NCBI GenBank assembly: GCA_029907105.1
Contig: JARYMM010000005.1
Coordinates: 8,563 to 72,562, forward strand
Source of the DNA: Anaerolineae bacterium
GTDB taxonomy: Bacteria; Chloroflexota; Anaerolineae; UBA3071
Reading direction: 5' to 3'
Length of the DNA: 64,000 nucleotides
The stretch's first letter is position 1. Every line of letters begins with the position of its first letter. A program made the position numbers and the translations under genes. Below the pieces are notes generated by a model that worked only from the letters and a program-made list of their open reading frames with translations, was not told the DNA's origin and ran no database searches. Shown here piece by piece: positions 1-8,700 of the stretch.

Positions 1-3
1 ATC

Positions 4-975
4 ATGGCAGGAAAAAAGTCCAAGGAACGATCTGTTCGCCGAGGCCGTCCGGGTACGCCCCGGCGTGAAGCAGCGGAGGGCCCGCTCCCCAGCTTTGACC
101 GTCGCCGCATGGACAAGATCATGGCCGATGTCACTCGGGCGATCCAGGAGCAGGGGTTGGAATCCGTTGACGAGATCAACGCCTTTTTGCAGCAGATGAT
201 GGCCAGCGGCGGCCCGCCCTCTTTCGAGCCGACGACGCCTTTGGAAAAGGCCCAGGAGTTGATGTATGAGGCTTTCGAGGCCAGCGGGCGGCGGCGGGTG
301 CAACTGGCGCGGCAGGCCCTGGAAATCTGCCCGGACTGCGCCGATGCCTACGTGTTGCTGGCCGAGGAAACGGCCAGGACACCACAGGAAGCGCTGGCAC
401 TCTATCGGAAAGGCACAGAGGCTGGCGAACGGACGTTGGGGCCAGAGTTTTTCAAGGAAAACGTCGGGCATTTCTGGGGCATCATCGAAAGCCGCCCCTA
501 CATGCGCGCCCGTGCGGGTCTTGCCTTTACACTTTGGCAAATGGGCGAACGAGATGCGGCCATCGAACATGCCCAGGAGATGCTGCGTCTCAATCCCAAC
601 GACAACCAGGGCATGCGTTATCCATTGATGCTCTGGCTCCTGGAGACCGGACGGGATAAGGAACTGATGGCGCTTTTCGAGAGGTACCCCGATGAGGCCA
701 CGGCCGATGGCCTGTATCCGCAGGTGCTCCTCGCCTTCCGTCTGTACGGTGACAGTCGCGCCACCCGCAAGCTGCTGAGGGAGGCCATGAAGTGGAACCC
801 CCACGTGCCCGACTACTTGTTGGGGCGAAAACGGCCGCCACGTTTTCCTGGCTCCCATGTCACACTTGGCGGCGAAGATGAGGCCGCCGCCCATGCCATG
901 GCCGCTTTGCCGCTGTGGCGCAAGACGCCGGGCGCGCTGGAATGGCTGGCCGAGATGGTGGAGAAATCTGGGTGA
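4..975 (+). CDS. hypothetical protein with TPR-like helical repeats and a basic N-terminus
   Basis: Full-length ORF starting at an ATG 4 nt into the window. N-terminal MAGKKSKERSVRRGRP is lysine/arginine-rich. The remainder is a helical repeat-like region. No catalytic motif recognised. The true start could lie upstream of the window. Confidence 0.45.
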   Translation: MAGKKSKERSVRRGRPGTPRREAAEGPLPSFDRRRMDKIMADVTRAIQEQGLESVDEINAFLQQMMASGGPPSFEPTTPLEKAQELMYEAFEASGRRRVQLARQALEICPDCADAYVLLAEETARTPQEALALYRKGTEAGERTLGPEFFKENVGHFWGIIESRPYMRARAGLAFTLWQMGERDAAIEHAQEMLRLNPNDNQGMRYPLMLWLLETGRDKELMALFERYPDEATADGLYPQVLLAFRLYGDSRATRKLLREAMKWNPHVPDYLLGRKRPPRFPGSHVTLGGEDEAAAHAMAALPLWRKTPGALEWLAEMVEKSG

Positions 976-1020
976 GGGTAACGGCGGGGAAAGAGGCGTG
1001 GCTTCAGAGGCTCATGCCCG

Positions 1021-2007
1021 CTAGATGCGCAATTCCACCACGTCGCCATCGTGCAGAACGTGGTCCCGGCTGACCATCTGTCCGTCGTACACCCCATGGC
1101 CCCACACGCGGGCCGCTTTCAGCTTCTCCAGGAAGTCGCGATGCACCTTCGCCGCGAAATCGGCCACGGTGCTGCCCTTCGCCAGCACGAACGGCGCGCT
1201 GAGGTCGGGCTCCTTCCCGGGTGGTTTGGCATAGACGCGGATGATCTCCAGACGTTCGAACACGGCCTGCTTCAGGCGCTCCAGGTGACGCCCCGTCGTC
1301 GTGGAGATGGAGAGCATGGGCCACTCATCCCCCAGTAGCTCCTGAAGAACCTCGAAATCCTCGTCCGTAGCTTCATCATCGTTCTTGTTAGCCACCACCA
1401 GGAACGGTTTGAAGGTCAGGCGCGCCTGTTCGGGGTAACAATCTCGCCGGTGCAGGGGCGCGATGCGATGCTCCTGCAAGATGGCAATCGTGTCCTCCAG
1501 TTGCTGGAGCGGATTGGACTGCAGGTCCACGACGAGCAAGATAAGGTCCGAACGGCGAATCAGGTCGAGCAATTCGGGTTCGATGTACTCCCTATCCAGC
1601 GGCGGCGTGTCAATCAACTGGATCTGGACGTTGGACACGGGCATCATGCCGGGGGTGGGTGTCCAGGTGGTATAGGGGTAATCCGCCACTTCAGGGGCGG
1701 CATTGGTCAGGGTGGCTACCAGGGCCGATTTGCCCACATTGGCCAGACCGACAACGACTACCTGTCCCGCGCCTTCCCTCTCAATGCGGAAGGCCGAATC
1801 TTGCCGGCCAACCTTCTTGCGGGCCCGGGCTTCGGATTTCAGTTGGGAGAGTTTGCGACGCAGGTCCGCCCTGAGTTTATCCGTGCCCTTATGTTTGGGG
1901 ATGGCGCCAAGGAACTCCTCCAGGGCGGCGATTTTCTCCGCACCCGGCCTGGCGGCGCGATAGCGCTTCTCCGCTTCTATGGCTTCCGGAGGGAGGTTTA
2001 TAGGCAT
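1021..2007 (-). CDS. Obg/DRG-family GTP-binding protein with C-terminal TGS-like domain
   Basis: P-loop GLANVGKS. DTPP (G3-like) and NKND (G4) motifs. C-terminal beta-grasp-like tail (DGDVVELRI) typical of TGS domains in DRG/Rbg GTPases. Confidence 0.75.
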   Translation of the reverse strand: MPINLPPEAIEAEKRYRAARPGAEKIAALEEFLGAIPKHKGTDKLRADLRRKLSQLKSEARARKKVGRQDSAFRIEREGAGQVVVVGLANVGKSALVATLTNAAPEVADYPYTTWTPTPGMMPVSNVQIQLIDTPPLDREYIEPELLDLIRRSDLILLVVDLQSNPLQQLEDTIAILQEHRIAPLHRRDCYPEQARLTFKPFLVVANKNDDEATDEDFEVLQELLGDEWPMLSISTTTGRHLERLKQAVFERLEIIRVYAKPPGKEPDLSAPFVLAKGSTVADFAAKVHRDFLEKLKAARVWGHGVYDGQMVSRDHVLHDGDVVELRI

Positions 2008-2069
2008 GGCTACCTGTTCACCCCGGTCCTGTGACGATTGCGGGTCTGGAGTGGGGGCTTGAACCTGGC

Positions 2070-2834
2070 TCAGGCCAGAACGCTGTACCCCCCATCCACA
2101 TGAATGGTCTGGCCGCAGATCATCGCCGCATCATCGCTGCACAGGAAGGCCACCACTTTGGCCACGTCTTCCGGCGTCACCAGACGGCCCACAGGGCTGC
2201 GCCGAAGCGCCTCGGCCAGGATCACCTCGCGGCTGGGGAAGAACTTGAGCGCATCGGTATCCACCACCCCCGGAGAAACGGCATTCACCGTGATGCCATG
2301 CGGCGCAAGCTCCACCGCCAGATAGCGGGTGATGGCCTCGATAGCCGCTTTGGAAACGCCGACGACAGAGTATTCGGGCATCACACGCACGGAGCCCAGG
2401 CTGGTCAGGGTGACGATGCGCCCCCAACCCTTCTCTATCATGTAAGGTGCGGCGGCCTTGGCGGCGAAAAGGACCGAACGGGCGTTGATGTTCATTGTCC
2501 ACTCCCAGCCCTTCAGATCCTGCTCAATGGCCGGCTTGAGCACGCCCGAGGCGGCGTTGCCCACCAGGATGTCCACGCCGCCCAGCACCTCGACCGTCTC
2601 CCGGATAAGCAGCTCGATCTCGTCCAGCTCCCCCACGTTGGCTTTCACCAGATGGACACGCGACCCTCTGGCCTGCGCCTCGGCCGCCGTGGCCTCGGCG
2701 GCCGAGCGCTTGCGCAGGAAGTTGACGCAGATGTCGGCCCCGCGCCCGGCCAGCTCCAAAGCGATGGCGCGGCCGATTCCCCGACCGCTGCCGGTCACCA
2801 CCGCCACTTTGCCCCTCAATGGTCTCTCAGACAC
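2070..2834 (-). CDS. SDR-family NAD(P)-dependent oxidoreductase (FabG-like)
   Basis: [12 protein letters not shown] Rossmann motif. NAAS motif. Catalytic YxxxK (RYLAVELAP region). GTG start at 2834 is preceded by AGGAGG. Confidence 0.8.
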   Translation of the reverse strand: MSERPLRGKVAVVTGSGRGIGRAIALELAGRGADICVNFLRKRSAAEATAAEAQARGSRVHLVKANVGELDEIELLIRETVEVLGGVDILVGNAASGVLKPAIEQDLKGWEWTMNINARSVLFAAKAAAPYMIEKGWGRIVTLTSLGSVRVMPEYSVVGVSKAAIEAITRYLAVELAPHGITVNAVSPGVVDTDALKFFPSREVILAEALRRSPVGRLVTPEDVAKVVAFLCSDDAAMICGQTIHVDGGYSVLA

Positions 2835-2863
2835 ATCTGCCCTCCTTCATTCTTCGTCAGGCC

Positions 2864-2896
2864 AGGTGACGGTCACCTCAGAGGTGACCGTCACCT
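2864..2896. promoter_or_regulatory. two tandem 15-bp perfect palindromes AGGTGAC(G/C)GTCACCT
   Basis: Copies at 2864-2878 and 2882-2896, seen directly in the sequence. They lie 5 nt downstream of the DUF2085 gene stop and about 30 nt upstream of the SDR GTG start. The same motif recurs at 32574-32598. Confidence 0.4.
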
Positions 2897-2901
2897 GATC
2901 G

Positions 2902-3906
2902 TCAGAGCAGGCCCAGCAGTTGGCTGAGCGCCTGCCGGGCCACGTTGACCAGATTGACCTCCATCAGTGCGGCGGCCAGGCTTGCCAGCCACAACGGGGC
3001 AGCCTGTCGCCAATTTGTCGCCACCCCCTCCCGCCGCAGCAGGACGCAGAGCACCAGCGTGTTCACCAGGCTCAGCATCAGCAACTCGCCGGCCACGCTC
3101 AACAAGGCCAGCGGGTAGTAGAGCCAGACGGCTTCGCTCCGTGCCACAAAGCCCACCGCGGCCGCCACGGCCACCAGCAAGGCCAGCTCCCCCATGTTGC
3201 GCAGCACGCGCTCCTCCCGGCTCTCGGCCCACAGGGTGAAGGCGACAATGGGCTGCACGATAACCACGAGCGCCAACCCCTGCAGCAGGCCGCTGCCAAG
3301 CCGCAGCAGATTGTGCGGTGCGTAGAGCAGGGGCGACCGGGTGAACAGCGTGACGTAGGAATTCAAGCCGTCCAGGGCCCACAGCCCGATGAACAGGAAG
3401 AGGACCAGCAGGACGTTGAGCGGCGGCAGCTTGCTGGCCCTTCCCCGCCCCATCAGGCTCAGCATCACGTAGGTGACCAGCACGCCAAGATAGGTGCCGG
3501 TGCAGCGGGCACACAGAGGAAGCTGCCGGCCACCGCAGAAGAAGCTATGCTCCGCCAGTTGACCGCACACCGCCCGGCCCAGGTAGTCAAGCCGTTCGGG
3601 CACACTGCCCGAAGAGAGCACCGCCGTGGCGGCGATGACCCCCAGGGCCAGGGCCAGCAACAGGCGATCACTCCTCCACCACGCCGGCCGCGTGCCCTCA
3701 TCAGGCAACCACGTTGTCTTTGCCGAGAACGTATCGAGACCCCCGTTTCCTTCCTGCCCGGAAGGAGGAAGGGTGATGTGTGCGTCTCCGGGTGTCCTTG
3801 GGGACAAACGAAACCTCCGCAAGTTCTGATCGTCATGCCATGTAATTATATCACATTCTCCACGCTTGCCTAAACCACTGCTCAAAGGTATAATGCCCCT
3901 CAGCAC
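2902..3906 (-). CDS. DUF2085-like integral membrane protein
   Basis: Multiple TM helices. Conserved CGQLAEHSFFCGGRQLPLCARCTG cysteine motif characteristic of the DUF2085 family (recalled). The real start may be internal. Confidence 0.5.
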   Translation of the reverse strand: MLRGIIPLSSGLGKRGECDIITWHDDQNLRRFRLSPRTPGDAHITLPPSGQEGNGGLDTFSAKTTWLPDEGTRPAWWRSDRLLLALALGVIAATAVLSSGSVPERLDYLGRAVCGQLAEHSFFCGGRQLPLCARCTGTYLGVLVTYVMLSLMGRGRASKLPPLNVLLVLFLFIGLWALDGLNSYVTLFTRSPLLYAPHNLLRLGSGLLQGLALVVIVQPIVAFTLWAESREERVLRNMGELALLVAVAAAVGFVARSEAVWLYYPLALLSVAGELLMLSLVNTLVLCVLLRREGVATNWRQAAPLWLASLAAALMEVNLVNVARQALSQLLGLL

Positions 3907-3920
3907 CGAAAGGAGCTTCT

Positions 3921-5516
3921 ATGTCCAAGCCAATCCGTATGCGGAACGTTCTGCTGGCCCTTTGCCTGCTGATCCTGCTTCCGGCGAGCGCGGCCGGGCT
4001 GAGCGCCCCGTCCGAGATGTCCCTCACGACCCCCGCGCCCTACGTGCGCGGCGAGGTCCTCGTGCAATGGCGGGATGCGGCGACGGCGGCCTCTGCCCGC
4101 CGCGACGTCCTCCAGGCCGGGCTGACCGTGTTGCAGGAAATCCCTCCGCTGCGCGTGGCGCGGCTGGCCGTGCCCTCCGGCCAGGAATGGGCATATATCG
4201 AGAGGCTGCGCCAGCACCCGCTCATCACCTACGCCGAGCCCAACTATCTCGTCTACGCCGCCGGCAGCGATGCCGTACAGCCCAACGATCCTTATTGGTC
4301 CAGGCAGTGGAACATGAACCGCATCGAAGCGCCCTCCGCCTGGGCCCTGAGCACAGGCCAGCCAGGGGTCAGCGTTGCCCTGCTCGACACCGGCGTGGAC
4401 ACAGGACACCCAGATCTCAGCGGCAACCTCCTGGCCGGATACGACTTCGTCAATAATGACGCCGACCCGGACGACGATCACGGCCACGGCACGCATGTGG
4501 CGGGCATCATCGCTGCCCAATTGAACAACGGCGTCGGCGTGGCCGGCGTCGCCCCCGCCATCAGCATCCTGCCCCTGAAGGTGCTCAACGAAAAAGGCGA
4601 AGGCGACCACTTTTGGGTCTCTCAGGGCATATCCTACGCCATCGCCAATGGAGCCAGAATCCTCAACCTCAGCTTCGCCGGCCCCTCGTCGGAGACCCTG
4701 GGCACGGCAGTACGCAATGCTTATAATGCCGGCGCGTTGCTGGTGGCCGCCACAGGCAACAATGGCATCGGCAGTGTCTCCTATCCCGCCGCCTATGCTG
4801 AGGTGCTGGCCGTTGCCGCCACCGACTACAATGACCGCTGGCCGTCCTATTCCAACTGGGGGCCGCAGGTGGACCTGGCCGCACCTGGTGGCACGTCGGG
4901 AAATCAGGTCTGGAGCACCTGGCGGAACGGCGGGTATGCCTGGAACTACGGCACTTCGATGGCCGTGCCCCACGTGTCGGGCGCGGCAGCGTTGATTCGC
5001 AGCGTCGCCCCCACGCTGTCCAGGGATGAGGTGGCAAACATCCTGCGCCAGAGCGCTGACCAGGTGGGGCAATTCCCCTATACGGGAGGCCGCAACGACT
5101 ACCTGGGCTACGGGCGGCTCAACGTCCACCGCGCCCTGCGCCAGGCCCTGCCCCCGACGCTCACCGTGCAGCCTGCGCAACTGTTCTTCCTTGGCGATAG
5201 CCAGCAATCGCCCGCCGCGCAGCAGTTGACCCTGAGCAACGAAAGCACCCAGACGCTGCAATGGCAGGCGGAAAAGCTCAGCGGCGGAAGCTGGCTCAAT
5301 CTCATCCCTCCCCTCAGCGGCAACATCACCTATCCATACCCGGCCAGGCTATGGGTCATGGTCACGGGTGGGCTGGATTACGGCACCTACGAAGGCAGCA
5401 TCCGCATCAGCAGCTCCACGCTGGGGGCGCAGGGCACCCCCCGAACGGTTCCCGTACGCCTGATTCTGGTGCCACGGCTGACGCGCGTCTATCTGCCTGT
5501 GGTAGAGAGCCGCTAG
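3921..5516 (+). CDS. secreted S8 family subtilisin-like serine peptidase
   Basis: Signal peptide. Asp/His/Ser triad contexts DTGVD, HGTHVAG, GTSMAVPHVSGAA. N-terminal propeptide-like region. C-terminal extra domain ending RVYLPVVESR. RBS AAAGGAG. Confidence 0.85.
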   Translation: MSKPIRMRNVLLALCLLILLPASAAGLSAPSEMSLTTPAPYVRGEVLVQWRDAATAASARRDVLQAGLTVLQEIPPLRVARLAVPSGQEWAYIERLRQHPLITYAEPNYLVYAAGSDAVQPNDPYWSRQWNMNRIEAPSAWALSTGQPGVSVALLDTGVDTGHPDLSGNLLAGYDFVNNDADPDDDHGHGTHVAGIIAAQLNNGVGVAGVAPAISILPLKVLNEKGEGDHFWVSQGISYAIANGARILNLSFAGPSSETLGTAVRNAYNAGALLVAATGNNGIGSVSYPAAYAEVLAVAATDYNDRWPSYSNWGPQVDLAAPGGTSGNQVWSTWRNGGYAWNYGTSMAVPHVSGAAALIRSVAPTLSRDEVANILRQSADQVGQFPYTGGRNDYLGYGRLNVHRALRQALPPTLTVQPAQLFFLGDSQQSPAAQQLTLSNESTQTLQWQAEKLSGGSWLNLIPPLSGNITYPYPARLWVMVTGGLDYGTYEGSIRISSSTLGAQGTPRTVPVRLILVPRLTRVYLPVVESR

Positions 5517-5536
5517 CCCCCTATCTGTGCCGATTT

Positions 5537-5672
5537 GTAACTACCCTGTCACTGCGAGCGAAGCGAAGCAGTCTCCTGGAATCATGAAGAGATTGCTTGG
5601 CCCTTTCGGGGCTCGCAATGACGCCAACCCACCGCTATATCTCACGTTGCCAGGCCGAAGGTAGGCAGTTAC
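5537..5672 (+). mobile_element. family-A MITE-like structured repeat, copy 1 (136 bp)
   Basis: Terminal inverted repeats GTAACTACC.../...GGTAGGCAGTTAC. Flanked by a perfect 8-bp direct repeat GCCGATTT (target-site duplication). Internal nested hairpins. It lies in the 5' leader of giant gene 1. Confidence 0.6.
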
Positions 5673-5791
5673 GCCGATTTACCGATCACCAATATCTTCC
5701 TGCCCTCTCCTTCGTCATCACGTTGTGGAGGATATGCGCCTGTCACGGGCTTTCCAGGCGCAAACCCAACGGTAAATCCAAGGAGGACGCG

Positions 5792-8700
5792 ATGAAAACC
5801 CGCATCTTGCTCTTGCTTGCTCTGGCCCTGGGCCTGGCCGGGCTGGGTCTCAGTGGCGGAGTGCAGCGACTGGAGGCGGCGAGTTCCAGGCCCTGGGATT
5901 CGGCGGCCAGCCCACAGAAGGCCGAAGCGGAGTGGGGGGACTGGCGCAGCGGTGGCCCCTACGGCGGGGATGTACAGGCGTTGGCCCTTTCCCCCGACTT
6001 CGGCGCTGATGGCCTGGCGCTGGCCGGCGGTTGGCGCACCGGCTATGCCGGGCCCACCGGCTACGGCATCGCCCGCACCACCGATGGCGGCGCGTCCTGG
6101 GCTCTTCTTTTCAGCGGCCCACCCTGGGATGATCTGGCCGTCTTCGACCTGGCCATTTCCCCTGCCTTTGCCGCCGACGGCACGGCTTTCGCCGCCACAG
6201 AGGCCGGCCTGCTGCGCAGCAGCGACCGCGGCAACACCTGGACGCAGCTACACGGCGGACTGCCCGGGCCAGGCAACGACGCCACCGTGGATGATATGGG
6301 CTTCGTGCGCCTGTCGCCCGCCTTCGCCGCCGACGGCACGCTCCTGACCGCGCCGCGCAACGGCTCCCTCTACCGCTCGACCGACCGGGGCAACACCTGG
6401 ACGGAGGTGCTCTCCGGACCAACTTCTGCCGCGGCCTTTTCCCGCTTCTTCGCCGCCAACCACACCGCCTTCGCCACACAGTTCGACGGCGTGGGTGCAA
6501 CCAACCTGCGGCGCTCCACCGACGGTGGGCTGACCTGGCCCCTCGTGCTGAGCCTGCCCGGCGTCCAGGTCAATGACATCCTGGAGACGTTCGAGAACGC
6601 ACTGCTGCTGGCAACCAACGACGGCGTCCTGCGGCTGCTGCCGGTCGGCGGCAGCTACGTGCCGGATACCGTTTCGCCTGACATCGAGGGCCCGGTCTAC
6701 CGGCTGGCGGCGGCAGGGGATCATCTCTACGCCGCGGCACAAAACGGCCTCTTCATCACCTTGACGGAGGGCCGCCGGTGGGATCGCTATGCCGACACGC
6801 CGGTCACTCCGTTCCGGTCCGTCGCCCCCTGCCCGTACTGGGGCTCCTGCCATGCCATGATGGCTGGCACGCACACGGGCATCCTGGGCACGCCCGACGA
6901 TAACCTGATCCCCTGGGCCTGGCTGCCCGGCCCGCACGCCCTGCACAGCGAGAGCGTGGCCGCCTCTCCGGCCTATGCTGCCGACGGCACTCTCTTCGCC
7001 GCCACCGATCATGGCCTTTTCCGCAGCACCGACCGCGGCCTGAGCTGGCAACTGATGGTCGCCGGCAGTCCTCCCGGCGATGATTACGCCTTCCTCAGAG
7101 TACGGATCTCGGCGGGCTATGCCAGCGATGGCACGGTCTTCGCCACCTACGAAAACCGCACTTTGGCCCTGACCGCCCTCTACAAATCCACCGACCGCGG
7201 CCTGACCTGGACGGTGATCCCCGGCCTGGGTGGGGGACGGGCGCTGGCGCTCTCGCCGGCCTATCCCACGGACCGCACCGTGTTCGTTGGACGAGTGGAT
7301 GTGCTGCACAAGTCCACCGACGGTGGCAACACCTGGACGAGCTACCCCATCGCCCCGCCCGATGAGGGCTTCTTCGTCCTCGAACTGGAGACGTCGCCAG
7401 CCTACGCCAGTGACCGCACGCTGCTGGCCACCGGCCTGGGCCGCGTTCGCCGCAGCACCGATGGCGGCGTCACCTGGCAGAACCTGAACACCTACGGCCC
7501 CTCCTACGGGTTGGCCATCTCGCCCAACTATGCCGCCGATGGCACGGCCTGGCACACCTATCGCGCCATCGAAGCCCCCGGCGACGACACGCCGGAAAGC
7601 GGCGTCCTGCGCACCACCGATCGCGGCACCACCTGGAGCTTTGCCACGGCCGGGCTGCCGGGCGTGTACGAGCCTTTCGCCTGGCCGCTGGCGGCCTCGC
7701 CCGGTTTCGCTGTTGACCGTTCGCTCTTCACCGCCCTGCGTGGGCAGTTCGTGGCCGGTACAGAGCACAGCCTCTACCGTTCCATGAACGGCGGCGACAC
7801 CTGGCTGAAACTCGGCCATGCCCCCGGCAACCCCAATCCCTATGACCTGGCGGTCACGACGAACCCTTCCGGCGGCCTGACCGTGCACATGGCCACCGAT
7901 GCTGGCGTCTGGCATTACAGCAGCCGTTGCGAGGAGCGGCTGGTCAACGGCGGCTTCGAGCAAGACCTGGCCTGGCAGTTCCCTGTCACGACCTACCCGG
8001 CAGATTACAGCACGAGTGTCGCGCACAGCGGCCTCCGCAGCCTGCGCACGGGCATCGTCAGCGGCCCCGACGTGTACAGTTATTCGTCGGCCAACCAGGC
8101 GGTGACCATCCCCGCCGGTGTGTCCAGCGCCACACTCACCTTCTGGTGGTATCCGATCTCGGCCGAAGGGCCGCTGGCGGCGGCCGCCGAACCCGACGCC
8201 GCACGCCTGCAGGCGGTGGCCGAGGGCACCCTGCCGGCCGGTGTGCTGGCCGGCGACCGCCAATACGCGCTCCTGCTGGATAGCGCCGGCCACACCCTCA
8301 AGACACTCCTGTGGACGCGTAGCGATGCCCGCACCTGGCAGCAGGCCAGTTTCAACCTGGCCGCCTACGCTGGCCAGGCCGTGCGCGTCCACTTCGGCAC
8401 CTACAACGACGGCGATGGGCGCAGCACGGCCATGTATGTGGACGATGCCTCGCTGATCGTCTGCTGGCCGGGGCCCGTGGAACCCACACCCACGGTGACG
8501 CCAACCAACACACCGACACCCAGGCTGACACCGACGAGCACACCGACATCCACGGCGACGCCTACCCGGCTGCCGCTGACGCCGCGCGCCTATCTGCCGT
8601 TGGTCCTCAGACGCCATACAGCGCCGCGCACGCCGACGCCCACCGCCACGCCCACGCGCACGACAACGGCCACACCAACGGCTACGCGGACACCCACAGC

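Noticed and set aside
5597-5791. N-terminal extension of giant gene 1 (tool ORF starts at TTG 5597) and the ORFs 5261-5587 and 23828-24034 reading through family-A elements
   Set aside because: These frames are open only because the MITE copies are near-identical. Two of three copies lack a start codon. The giant gene has a proper RBS and signal peptide at ATG 5792. There is no independent evidence that the element encodes a peptide.
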